Assembly (NCBI RefSeq): GCF_009834535.1
Contig: NC_045698.1
Span: forward strand, 4,652,001 to 4,716,000
DNA length: 64,000 nt
DNA from: Camelus ferus
Lineage: Eukaryota
Reading direction: 5' to 3'
The notes under the pieces are model-generated. The model had not been told where the DNA came from and searched no databases. It was given only the letters and a program-made list of their open reading frames with translations. Below are positions 10,690 through 23,240 of the stretch, piece after piece; the stretch's first letter is position 1; each line of letters starts with the position of its first letter. The position numbers and the translations under genes were made by a program.

Positions 10690-11030
10690 GCTCTGGGGGC
10701 CTCCTGGGCTCCCCAGCCTACCTCCAGTGAATCATCCAGCCTCCACCTCAGGGCCTTTGAACTTGCTGTTCCCTCTTCTCTTTGTTCCTGGTTCACACTA
10801 CATACCCTTGAGGTTTCAGCTCAATGTCACTTTCTTTGGATGCCTCTTCTGACCCATCAGACTAAGTTTGTTCCTCTGTTGCCCACCACCACGTCACTTA
10901 TCACAGGTCTGGTAAAGATGTGAATAGGGTCGTTGATCGATGCCCTTTCCTCCACTGCAGGCAGGGAGCAGAGCTGGCTTGCCACCTAGGTATGTGCATG
11001 GTGCCAAACAGGGTCTCAGTTAATACGGCA
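10690..11030 (+). mobile_element. L2 3' fragment (MIR fragments also at ~9850-9960 and ~10500-10620)
   Basis: cctcagggcctttgaacttgctgttccctc...tcagctcaatgtcac...; MIR core gaggaaactgag. Confidence 0.55.
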
Positions 11031-12813
11031 AAGATGAGTCTCCCTTCCTGCAGGGTAGCCTCTCCAGTTTACATTAGTGCAAAAGACGAGAAAATTCATC
11101 TGCTGGTTGATCATGCACTTCCTCTGGATCTTGGAATGGTTAAAGCATATTTAGTGTTTACTATGGTTTATGGTCTTAAAGTCTGTCTCTTCAACATGGA
11201 CACGTGACTTTGTATTTCTCTGTTTTTAAACAAATGAAAACAATGTCCCAAAGTGCTAATTAGGGCAGTAGCTCTTTTGACCTTCAAAAGAGCTTGGTAT
11301 TTTTAGATGTGAATTTTGATGATCTGGCTCTTATTTGGTACGAAGAAAAACACCATCACCCTCCTGTTAACACAGCTGACAGAGTATACTTCCATTAGCA
11401 ACTTTCAAAAGTGGCATTCGGAATAGAAGGAAAGAGTTGTCACTTATTTCTAGCTTCATTTGCTGTTACATGATCTTTCTCTAAGGATCGTCAAGTTACT
11501 GTTTTGCATGTTGCTCTGAGAAAATAGGAAAGATCCTTGCTGACCCGGGGCTGCAGTGACTGTGAGCAGTCACAAGGAATGCCCATTGGGAAGCACTTTG
11601 CAGATACCAGATGTTACATAAGTGCTAAATTATTAATCGCCACTGTCCACCCCCCATGGTGAACTCTCTCCGGCAATGGTAGTTTAAAGATGGGAGCTTT
11701 TCTTCATATGATTTAGGGAAAGCCCAAAATAAAAAAATCTAGCTTCCAAATGTCTTTTGCATTTGAAGAATGTTGTTACAGGATAATATGGCTATTTTTT
11801 TTCCTCCCACATCTAAGCCAAAGCTACAAGATTATCAGATGTCCCCATTCTCTGTAATTTGAAGCTTTTGTCTGTCTGTCATTTCTGCAATGATGGTCTC
11901 TCCCATTGCGTGCCATGGACCAATCCTCAGAACCTAATGGCAAGCATACTGATGGTGCACACCTGTCTGATGCCTGGACCTACCATCACTTGTGTGCGTA
12001 GGCTCAACAGATTCCCAGGTGGGAGCCCCAAGGTGAGTGGGAGCCAGCACTGACCTGGGGAAGTGGAGATGAGCATCTTGCATGACTCAGCCCTGTGGAA
12101 GGCACTGTCTCGACTTCTGGACTTGCCAGTCTTCTCCATGTCTTGGAGAACAGAAGCCTTCCCTCACCAAGAAGCAGGTTTGTGGCATGTGAATCGCTGA
12201 CTCCACGTTATAGCAACGTCTATATTTAATCCCACCCTGTTTACTCCTGCTCTTGGCTGCAGGCCAAGCCCTTCCCATGTGTCTGTAGCTCAAGGAGATG
12301 AGAAGTCCTTCTGAGCCATCTTCAGCTGGTCCCTCTCGAGGACCTGGAACTCGGCACCACCTTTGGAAAACCGATGACTGACTCCTTGGCTAGTGGGTCG
12401 ATTATAACTGAGTGTGAACCTTAATGACAGAGTTTCTGTCTAATAGAAACGCCAACTGAAGAACCTTGGACTGACAGGAACCAGGACCTGCAAGAACCTT
12501 TGGTTAGGCCTCAGGAATTTGAGACAAGCACTGGGCTCATTCAGGTGTACAGGTGTGGATACAGGTACACACTACATACGTATATATGTGATCTGTGTGT
12601 GTGTATGTATATATCATTCATGTCTACGTAAATGACTGTTTAAAATTTGCAGATAGAACACTCAAATACAGAGAAACTATAAATACTAACTAGCAATTTA
12701 TTAAATCTGAACTGCTTTTAACTTTATTTCAACTGTTTAAGTTAAAAAAATGTTATATGGTTTTACTCTGAAATTCTAGGTCTCGATTAAAGTCTTGATC
12801 AAAAGTTGTAATT

Positions 12814-13301
12814 TGGTGTATATATAGGAAATGGAATATTATTCGAATATAAAGATGAATGAAATAATGCAATTTTCAGCAACATGGATGGACCTAGAGA
12901 TTATCATACTGAGTAAAGCAAGTCAGACAAAGAAAGACCAAACATATGATATCACTTATGTGTAGAATCTAAGAAAAACAATACAAATTCCATTTACAAA
13001 CCAAAAACAGACTCATGGACATAGAAAACAAACTATAGTTAACCAAATGGGAAGGTGGGGGAGGGATAAATTAGGGGTTGAGGATTAACAGATACACACT
13101 ACTATATATAAAATAGATAAATAACAAGGACCTACTCTATAGTGCAGGGAACTATATTAAATTCCTTGTAATAACATATTATGGAAAAGAATCTGAAAGA
13201 AAAAGAATATTTGTATGCACATATATAATTGAATCACTTTTCTGTACACCTGAAACCAACATTGTAAATCAACTACACTTCAATAACAATTAAAAAAAAA
13301 A
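12814..13301 (+). mobile_element. 5'-truncated L1 3' end with poly(A)
   Basis: atggaatattattc...gcaacatggatggacctagagattatcatactgagt...tgtaaatcaactacacttcaataacaattaaaaaaaaaa. Confidence 0.9.
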
Positions 13302-13328
13302 TATCATTTGTGTGTCCCTGCCCCCAGG

Positions 13329-13518
13329 CACAGGTGTGCTGGGGCCAGCTCCCACTGGGTCACCAGAGCCCCAGCTCTATGTTCAGTGATATCAAGTCAG
13401 TAGCTTGAAATCGGCCACAGTAGCAGTATTTACACCATGGCAATCAGCAAATGCTACAGATCAGCTCCCTTTTCCCTCCAGGAGAGCCCACTGTTAAACA
13501 TGTACCAGCACGCCACTG
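13329..13518. mobile_element. MER63-like hAT (Blackjack) MITE
   Basis: TIRs cacaggtgtgctgg / ccagcacgccactg; degenerate 8-bp flanks cccccagg / cttccagc. Confidence 0.65.
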
Positions 13519-14209
13519 CTTCCAGCATCCAGTATTTGGAAGAACCCAATTTCAGCATGGAGGTTATAACCTACATCTATAAAACCTTGAAGCATCTTTG
13601 AGGAAAGTAGTCGTGATCATGAAGGGCCATTGGGAGCACCTCAGGGGAAGGCGCCATTCTAACATGCAGGAGCCCTTGTCTGAGGGTCAGAGAGGATGCT
13701 GTCATAGGCGGTTCTCTGTCCGCAGCCCCAGAACCATCACGCCAGCCCTGAGAGATTTGGAACACATAAATACGCCTTATCTGTGTTCCCCAGCTCCTTT
13801 TTAGTGCCTGAATGACAATGTCAAAGCAATTATTCTTTAGTACCTGAGAGGAAAAGGGCTTTGCAAACAAGGCTCACTGATCACCCCAGATGCTCCTTTG
13901 AACATCACAGGAGCTGCGAAATGTAGCTCCCCGTCTCATTCTGGGGTCGAGCTGCTGGTGCCTGCCCATGCTGGCTGAGAAGTGAGACGGATGCCTCCTC
14001 CAGAGGCTCGCATCGAGGACGCGGGCACTTCTAGGAATGAATTCACCTGCAGGGACACGGGCACGTCTGCTTTCCTATGACACCAGAGTGTAGTAATGCA
14101 AGCGACAGTTAGTCTGTTTAAGAAAGAACCTTCTGACGAGTTTTAAAAGCATTTTTACAGCGCAGCCTTGACTGCATAACTATTGTTTGCAGAGTTTTAC
14201 CTTCTGTTA

Positions 14210-14415
14210 CCATTTTACTGAATTATCATTGACCACACACAATTTCACCCGCTGAAATTGTACAGTTCAGTCATTCTTTTGTAATGTACAGTTGTGCAAA
14301 CATCAAAGCAATCCAGTTTCAGAAACTTCCCATCACATCCAAAAGTTCCCTCCTGCCCATTTAAAGTGAATCCTGCTTCCACTTCTGCCACAGGCAACTA
14401 CTGATCTTTCTTTCT

Positions 14416-14454
<39 letters not shown>

Positions 14455-15410
14455 ACATTTCTAGACATTTTCACATAAATGGAATCATGCAAACAGTACT
14501 CTTTGGGGTTTGTCTTCTTTCACTTGCCATGACGCCCTGCACGTATCAGCACTGTTTCCACCAGCTGCCGAGAAGAACTCCATCGCACAGACACACCACG
14601 TTTTGCTGATTTGCTGACATACAGGCATTTTGATGGTTTCCAGTTTGGGGCTGTTACAGATGTTGCTGCTGTGAACAGTGATTCAAAAGGACTAAAGCTT
14701 CCTCATGTAGACAAGGGTGTGGAGGACTTGGAACCCTCATCCCTTGCCCAGGAGAACATAAAACGCTACTTTGGAAAGCAGTTTGGCAGTTTCTTTAAAA
14801 GTTAAACTTACGCCTGTCACACAGCCCAGACATTCTACATTACGTATCTACCCAAGACATGGAAACACCCGTCCACACAAGGACTCTTCACAAATGTCCG
14901 TGTTTAATTTCCTTTTCTTGCCTCGCTAGATGGGCCAGGATCTGCACACAATCGGTGGCAAGTGGTGGGGGCACCCTTGCCTCGTTCTGGGGTGGAAGGG
15001 GGAAGCGCTCAGCCTTGAATCACCAGGTACCGTGTTAACTGCACACTTCGTAGATTCTTCTTCTCCCATCAGGTTGCCATCGCTCCAGCCGCTCCAGCTG
15101 TCTGAGGACTGCTGTTTTCATGGTGTGTATTTATTTATCCTTTTACTTTTGTTTTGCATCTTTAAACCTACCTTGTATCTCTTGTGGACAATATAGGGAT
15201 GGTTCCAGCTCGCCATTCTGATAATCTCTGCCTTTTGGTTGGAGGGTTTAATCCATTGAATTAGTTGCAATTATGTTTAGTATTTTGCTATTTTTTTTTC
15301 TGTCTCATCTCATTTTTCCTCCTCTAAGCATCCTTTGCTGCCTTCTTTTGTGCTAAGCAAACACGTTTAGTGTGCCATTTTTATTTCTCTGTTGCATTTG
15401 TAGCTATTTG
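14210..15410. mobile_element. Cluster of old L1M fragments in mixed orientation, including a T35 run at 14419-14453
   Basis: aaatggaatcat...cttctttcactt (minus) and ctactttggaaagcagtttggcagtttctttaaaagttaaac (plus). Confidence 0.7.
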
Positions 15411-16161
15411 TTGGTACTGAGTTCCAGGTAGTCTAGTCATGATGATCATCCTTTTCTGGGCACACTTTGGGTTAAATCCAGTTGCTCTTCAAAGTTCCCT
15501 CTCCCAGTGACGTCCTCCATGGAAGGATTCCTGTCCCCTCTCTCTTTTACATCCACAAAGCTTGAAATGTGTCTGTTGCCATAGGGACAGGATGAGAGTG
15601 GGGTCAACTCAAGGGAGAGTCTGAGCATCATCGATGAACAGATAGGGCTGTGGTCACCGTGGGGCTCCTAGCTGACTCCTGCTCATCCTGACCTCACATG
15701 GCACCGGCACTGGCTTTGTCTTTGTTGCTTTTTTGGCTCCAGCAGCACCAGGGCTGGTCCTTTTTGTTGGGAAACCAGGTGGATCCCCACAGCTCCCTGG
15801 CTTGAGTGAGCCTGAGGGGACACAGCAGCCTGTCCAGCAGAAAGCAGCCAATGGTGATAGGACCTGATAGGTGATATCTCATTTTGCCGCCTCTGTGGGG
15901 GAGGGGGCCTTAGAAACCTGACTCATTTTTTTTCTAGCTCTCTGATGTGCACTCCTCATGATGTGCTGGAGACAGGTTTCTTGTTGAGCTAAATTTAGCC
16001 TCACTCATGTTTTCTATCTGTCCCCTCCTGCTGCCTCTTCTCTCCTCCTGGCCGTCCTTCCCTGCCCTGGCTGGATGTATTTGTTCATCCTGCACTCAGA
16101 ACCACCAGACAAGAAGTGGGAATTCGTGTTTATTTCCAAATACATGCCCATCCTCTTGAGA

Positions 16162-16190
16162 TGTGTGTATGTGTGTGTGTGTGTGTGTGT
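16162..16190. repeat. (TG)n microsatellite
   Basis: Direct reading. Confidence 0.95.
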
Positions 16191-17073
16191 ACATGCATGT
16201 CTACAGAAGCTGCAAGAAGGAATGAAATTAGAACTCTTTTCAAGTCTCATGTAAACTACCAAAACTTCCTATCACACTCCAGTACACTTACATTTGATCA
16301 CTGTTTTACGCCAGTCAGCTCTGGACACAAACAATTTTCTTCTGAGCCATCCTCACAAATTTTGTTTTCTTTATTCGCTCATCACCTACCTTCCCTCTTC
16401 TGCCCTACTTTATGGGCTCCCGTGTGGCATATCTTGACAGCCTGGACTATTCTGTGGTTTCACCACATCTTTTTTTTTAGTGGCGCTGATTATCTCCGAT
16501 AGTTACTTGGAAGGTCATTTGTGATGGACAGTTACGTAAGACCACGGTTCACCAGTTCTTCTGGAAGCAATTTAAAACATCCAGAAATATATTAGCATTC
16601 AAGCATTGCAATAAACCAAGGTTAGAACCCCTGGGTCTGTGAGGGAACTGCGAGTTATATAAGGAAGCATCACTGGGAGGTGCTATTCCTCCACTGAGGC
16701 TAACAGTGGCTGAGCAGGCAGACTCTTGGCTTTTATTCCTCTTTGTTCACAAGTGTGTTACATTGTTTCTAGCTCATGAGGAATCGTTGCAACTCTTGCC
16801 CAGTAGATTATTACTGTTACTTTCTTCTTAGTTACACCTTGCTTCAGATGTCCAAACCCAACTCTTTATCTGAGAAGTGGTACCTGGCTAGTGTTATTCC
16901 TCTAGGACTTTATCTTGAAGGATGCTGCTTTTTCCTTTCCCTTTTTACGTTTATTAAAGTAATACAGCAGTTCACAACTGATTAAGTTACATTGTCTCAT
17001 GGAGAGTGGTGTAAGTGGGTTGAAATTCTGGATTAGATCCTCTTATCCCTCAAAAAATATTTTGAAATATGTT

Positions 17074-17473
17074 GTGTGGTAGAGACATTTACTGCTCAGT
17101 GAATATCCATATAATGCCTACATTTGCCAGCCCCCTGGGGCTAGACAGGGCCGTGTGACAAGTTCTGCACGGTGGGCCAGAATCCTAAGCGTCAGTCCTG
17201 GACTTTTAGAATGCTTAAGAGAGGATGCATGCCCCTGCAGTTCTCTCTTCCACTGACGCACCGGGCTGGAAACCATGGGACCCAGATGGTGTAGCTGTGG
17301 GAAGCAATTTGCCTGGGTCTTTGAGTCACTGTTCAGAAGTAAGTGTTCCTAGAAAGTGGTTGAAATCACATAAGACTTTGCGAGGGAGACAAATGAACTT
17401 TACAGATAAAGCCCCTGAGATTTCCAGATTAGCTTATTTCTGCAAGATAATCTACCCTATTCTGGCTAATACA
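17074..17473 (+). mobile_element. Old MaLR LTR (MLT1J-like)
   Basis: tgtggtagag...ctacatttgccagcccc...ggccgtgtgacaagttctg...ccctattctggctaataca. Confidence 0.65.
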
Positions 17474-17957
17474 TGAGGCATTCAAATGCTGGAAAATACG
17501 ACGTCTGCAGCAACTAATAAGTGAACTAGTGTGTAAACAAAAAGGTACTCGGTGATGAATAGCCGTTTACACAGTTGAAACCCGATGCTTAGGAAAGAGA
17601 ATTTGTGACATTTCTGGGAAGGGCCTTTTTAGGGAGAATAAGGTTAGTGATGTTGCTTGATTTCATTTCCAATGTTTCCATTTTTGTTACCTTGACAGAG
17701 GTTCCAAGCATAATTAGAGCCATTTAAATATTTTTATTCATAGATAGAGATGAAAGGAAAATTTATTCTCCTTAGACAAAAATAGCAAAATAGGAAAAGG
17801 GAGGCATTTTCCATGAAAGTGTGAGAAAATGATTGCCTTAGGTGGAAATACCTTGGGTGTGAGCAGTAACAGAAAAGAAAGGAAAATCACTGTCTATTCA
17901 TTATTCTAATCATGATTCTTCTAAGAGCCTGGAGATACTGAAGGCACTTGAAGTTAG

Positions 17958-17990
17958 ACAGTTCCCTTGACTAGCCTCTAGAGGGCGCCA
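17958..17990 (+). promoter_or_regulatory. CTCF binding site (core 17972-17990 plus upstream module)
   Basis: TAGCCTCTAGAGGGCGCCA fits the CCNCNAGRGGGCGC core; ACAGTTCCC upstream resembles the ZF9-11 module; GC-rich motif in AT-rich unique DNA. Confidence 0.7.
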
Positions 17991-19899
17991 CCATCCTAGT
18001 ACAGCTTGGTTGTTGGGTGAGCTTGGGTGCAGGAGTGGTTGTTTGAGTAGAAAGATTTTAAGAATCTTAGGTTGCTGTTTTTACATTCTGGAAATAACTT
18101 TTCCATGTAGCTGTTTGAAAAATTAAAGTTACAGAATGCAACTGAAATTCTCCTCTACATTTAAATATTTATTTTCCTAATAAAACCCAAGGTGTTTGCA
18201 AAAGAACATATGAAACAAAACACAAATCAGAGAGTGACTGTGTAATTTGTAAAATAATTCACATCAGAATTTCTTTAAGTGGTAACCTTCCTACTTCATT
18301 TAATAAAGTTATAATAATTCCTTCATATCAACATTTTAGAAGCAGATTTATTTAATAAGGTAAAGTGTATGATCATAGCACAAATCTGATTTACCTTGAA
18401 ATTGAATTTCCTGAACTCCGTGACTATCCAGAGTCATAATATAACACAAACTAATCCTTGAGTGCCTTCCCAGAGGCACATTGTGTTTCAGTGCAACTTT
18501 GGAAAAATTTCTTGCTCATTATGAAAGCATAGTAGGTGTTGAATACTTTCCAGGTAAAGGTTGCTGAACATTCATAAGCTGCAAAATTTTTTGTTTTTCA
18601 AAATTTCCTTCAAAAAAAGTCGTGAGATTAAATAGTTTACCCACACGTAGGCATGACATATGTGTGCATGTGTGTTCATTTCAAAGCCAGCTTGCATCTT
18701 TCAAACAGCAGGAAACACTAAAACTATGCTTCTGGGGCAAGGATACTCCGTTAGGAAGGTTTTTGTAGCCTGAGGTCTACAGAGATGAAGCGTTTATGTT
18801 ATTCACCTGGTCTCTTGAGGTACCAGATTATCACTCAGCTGCCTGTTTTCATTTCCTTAGGGCATCTTGTTAGGATTCGGACTGCTTTGTGCCCTGAGGA
18901 AAACACGGAGCAGGATGTGTTGGAAAGATTTAAATCACATCAGGCATAAAGGGGTTTGGAGATGGAATGTGAGCTAGATCCTCCCCCTCTGGCTCCACGT
19001 CAAGCCTGTAAGTTGACTGCACCTCTGGGCTTGCTTCTGCAGGGAACACAGACGGCCCTGCTGGGTGTGAACGTGCCACGAGGCCAGCCTCCGGAGGCTC
19101 TCTGGAGAGAGGTCTTGGGATTGGCTGCATTGCCACACAGATGATGCTACAGAGAAGGATGCGACCGTCATGAATATGTCTTTTTCTTGGGACCTGAACT
19201 AAGGGCCTGGGCGATGGAGTCAGCCTGACACGTGAAGAGGTAAGGGGTCTGAAAAAATGCCTGCTCAGCATAGAAGAAGGACCTGCACTCACTGAAACCT
19301 GTGCTGACTTGGCCTCTTGGTGGTATGAAAACGTGGAGTCCAGACCCTAAACAGGTGCCTCAGCTGGCAGCACAGAGCAAAAGAGGACCCAGTGCGTGGT
19401 GTGGTGATGAGAAAAGTGCCTTAACACTTGCAGGTGTGGTACCAAAGGGTGCTAATATTTCAGAGGGCTTGTGACTAGAAAAAGTTTGAAAAATAACTGA
19501 GGTTGGACAATCCACCCTCCTTATAGGACTCATCACCCTAGCTTGGCGTCTGGGAAAGAAAAAGCTGTCAGTATTTACCAAGTAAGATGAAAATGCAACT
19601 ACAGTATTTCAGACACTTTTCCTTTTGTAATTGCTCAATAATAGCCTTGACCCATGTTTTTAGAGGATCCCTTTCTAGACCATACATAACGCAGGTGTTC
19701 TTGGCTTGGGGCATCAGTGTCCTTGGGATTTTAGGTCAAAGTAGCTCAGTCCCCAGGCCCTCTCCCTGGGTGGGTCGTTCCCTGGGCGGGTGACTTTCTC
19801 AGTCACCACTGAAGATGTACCTGCAAACTAGTTTCTTTTTCCTCCGCCCCACCCCCAACCATGAAACCGTGGCTGCCCTCCTTAGGAAATCCGATCAAA

Positions 19900-20412
19900 C
19901 CAAACTTATCTGGATCTTTGTTTGGGTTTCTCAGAGGTCCATGGGGGCCCACTGAGTCTCCGCAATCAGTACATCCTTCTGCTGCCCCGCTGTCTCTTGG
20001 GGGCAGGCCCTTTGCCCGTGCTGCCCCTGCTCCAGGTCCAAGGCTCCCGGCCAGCTGGCTCCTGCTGGGCTAGACCAACAGGGCGCGCAGAGGAGAGACG
20101 GGAAGGAAAAGCCCGGCGTCTCTCCCCGCCTCTGCGCGGGCAGCGTCTCCAGCTGCACCACCTCTGTGACCTTCGCCTCCATCAGATGCACCTGCTGTGG
20201 TTCCAGTTTTCCGTCCTATGGGGCTACCCCATGGACCTCTTGCGTCTGTCTCTCTAGCCAGGGATGACGGTGGCTCTCTTTTGTGGCTTATCTCTGGGTT
20301 GTTTCACAGCCCTGAGTGGCGTCTCAGCATCTCCATGGTGCGTAGCCAATGCCCTATGTTGAGTTCCCTTTCTTTCTTGTTATTAAGAAACTGTGCTGCC
20401 TGGATCTTCACA
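19900..20412. mobile_element. Ancient ERVL-type LTR remnant (LTR67B-like, tentative)
   Basis: Minus strand agggaactcaacatagggcattggctac...gctgagacgcc...caacccagagataagc resembles old ERVL LTRs. Confidence 0.4.
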
Positions 20413-21339
20413 CACACAGTTGCCCCCATGAACTCTTTCATTTTCTTCCCCCCATTTACTCCCCACTAATACTCCTCTGTCTCACAGAGGTATGCTATCC
20501 TGACACATAAACCTCCCAGTGGCTTTCATCCCTCTGAGGAATCCAGTCCTGAGCATCCCTGTCCCTGCGAGTGAGCAGTGCAGCCTGAGTGCTAGACAAT
20601 CCTCTTCCTCTGTCTTGTTACAAATGATCTGACAGTTTGCTTCACATAATCAAAATGTTCCTCTGACATTCCTTAGTGCTTAATTATGTTCTTTTAAAAT
20701 TAATTCATTTTTACACCTGGGTTTATGATCTGAAGGCTGCCTCTAGGTTACGAACCCCTCTATCCAGTACAGGATAAAAACTATGGGTTTTATCATTAAA
20801 GTTTAAGAAATAAACCTGGATATAAGTTGGTGTTGGCCAAATACATTTAATCTGCATTTATTCTGCTTTCTTTTTGCAGGAACAATAAAGTTTCCATTTA
20901 TTGGACATCCTTCATTTATTCCGTCTTCTAAACCTAACCTTTCTTTCATCTTGTAGGACATCCTCCCTACATTCTGAGTGGTTTCACGAAACTTGTCATA
21001 GAAGGCACCAATTCTGTTTCCTCCCCAGTGTTAACTACACTTTACCTGATTATTCGTGTATATTTTTCATACCTTGTGTGTGATGCGGGTTCACATTTGT
21101 GTGGCTGTCCTTGGCTCTGTAACTTCTTCCCAGTGTGGACAGATTCCTTTTCTTCTTGTTCTCTGGTCTCATCAGCTCCCTTTTCATCTCTTATTTCATG
21201 GAGTTCACCCGAGATTCTCCAACCTCAGCTGTTTGCACTGCCCTTCAAACAGCATGCTTCTGAGCTCAGACAATTCCAGGGGTATTTCTGTGTTTTTGAA
21301 GACTTTAAAATATGCACATGGGATATGTAGTCTGTGATG

Positions 21340-21712
21340 CTATCCCATAGGACATTCTGGAAAATGTAAAGTGATAGAGACAGCGAACATGTCAGTGGTG
21401 GCCAGGGGCTGGGGAGGGAGGGGTGAGCAGGCAGAGCCCGGAGGATTTTTAGGGCAGTGACACTGCTCTGTATGACACTGTAATGTGTCTAATCCTATAG
21501 AATGTACGACACCAAGAGAGAACCCTAAAATAAACTATGGATCGTGGGTGATGATGTGTCAATGTTCCATCAACTGGAACGAATGGACCACCTGGTGGGG
21601 ATGTTGGGAGTGGGGGGGACTGCGCATGTGTGGGCACGAGGGGATTTAGACACTTAGTACACTCTCCACTCGTCTTGCTGTCCTAAAATATGAAGCCTAT
21701 TAAAATGTGTAA
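21340..21712 (+). mobile_element. L1MC-type 3' end
   Basis: gacattctggaaaatgtaaa...cagtggtggccaggggct...ggatttttagggcagtgacactgctctgtatgacactgtaat. Confidence 0.8.
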
Positions 21713-21840
21713 ATATAACAATTCTCTGTATAATTAAGAGTTAACACAGAGGCTTTACACACAGCAGAGATACTGCTGTTTTCTCCTTTAAATAACACTT
21801 GAGAGTTTTTTCCCCTAGGAGTCATTATTAACATTCCTGT

Positions 21841-23240
21841 CTGCAAATGGCATTATTTTAAATTTTTTTATGTCTGAGTAGTATCCCATTATACATATAC
21901 ACCACAACTTTTTTTTTTTTTTTTTGGTTTTAATTTTTTTAGTTGAAGTATGATCAGTTTACAATTTTGTGTCAATTTCTGGTGTACAGCACAGTGCTTC
22001 AGTCATATATGAATATACATATATTCATTTTCATATTATTTTTTACCATAAGCTACTATAAGATATCAAATATATTTCCCTGTGCTATACAGTGTAAACT
22101 TGTTTATCTGTTTTATATTTATCAGTCAGTATCTCCAAATCTTGAACTCCCAATTTACCTCTTCCCACCCCCTTCCCACCTGGTAATCGTAAGTTTGTCT
22201 TCTATGTCTGTGAGTCTGTTTCTGTTTGGTAAATAAGTCCATTTGTCTTTTTTTCCCTAAGATTCTACATATGAGTGATATCATATGGTATTTTTCTTTT
22301 TATTTCTGGCTTACTTGACTTAGAATGACATTCTCCAGATCCATCCATGTTGCTGCAAATGGCATTATTTTATTATTTTTTATGGCTGAGTAGTATTCCA
22401 TTGTATAAATATACCACCTCTTCTTTATCCAGTTATCTATCGATGGACACTTAGGTTGTTTCCATGTCTTAGTTACTGTAAATAGTGCTGCTATGAACAT
22501 TGGGGTGCAGGTATCACTTTGAAGTAGGATTCCTTCTGGATATATGCCCAGGAGCGGGATTCTTGGGTCATAGGGTAAGTCTATTTTTAGTCTTTTGAGG
22601 AATCTCCATACTGTTTTCCACAGTGGCTCCACCGACCTGCATTCCCACCAATGGTGTAGGAGGGTTCTCTTTCCTCCACAGCCTCTCCGGCATTTATCGT
22701 ACACCACAACTTCTTTATCCAGTCATCTATTGATGGACATTTTGATTGCCTCCATGTCTTGTCTATTGTAACTAGTGAAAAAGAATAAAATAATGCCATT
22801 TGCAGCAACAGGGATGGATTTGGAGGTTGTCACACTAAATGAAATAAGCCAGAAAGAGAAAGAAAAATACCATATGATACCACTTATGTGTGGAATGTAG
22901 AAAAAGAATGACACAAATGAACTTATTTACAAATCAGAAACAGATTCACAGACATAGAAAACAAACTTATGGTCACTGGGGGGGAAGGGGGAGAGATAAA
23001 GTGGGAGTTCAGGATTCGCAGATACTAAACTACTACCCATAAGGTAGAAAAACAACAAGGCCCTACTGTAGAGCACAGGGAACTACATTCAGTATCTTGT
23101 AACAGCCTATAATGAAAAAGAAACATTAAGAGGAATATGTATATGTATAACTGAATCACTGTGCTGTACACCAGAAACTAACGCAATATTGTAAACTGAC
23201 GACTTCAATTTAAAAAATTAAAAAAGCATAAAAGCCAAAA
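21841..23240. mobile_element. 5'-inverted (twin-primed) L1: inverted part 21841-21910 + 22713-22777, forward part 22778-~23240; interrupted by a younger L1
   Basis: Orientation switch at ...tattgtaactagtg|aaaaagaataaaataatgccatttgcag; degenerate TSD att(c)ctgtctgca at ~21833-21845 and ~23243-23254. Confidence 0.8.
21911..22699 (-). mobile_element. Younger 5'-truncated L1 with poly(A) and 13-bp TSD
   Basis: TSD TACACCACAACTT at 21898-21910 and 22700-22712; ORF 22300-22707 is the ORF2 C-terminus (HHWWEC...[11 protein letters not shown]...MEYYSA). Confidence 0.92.
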
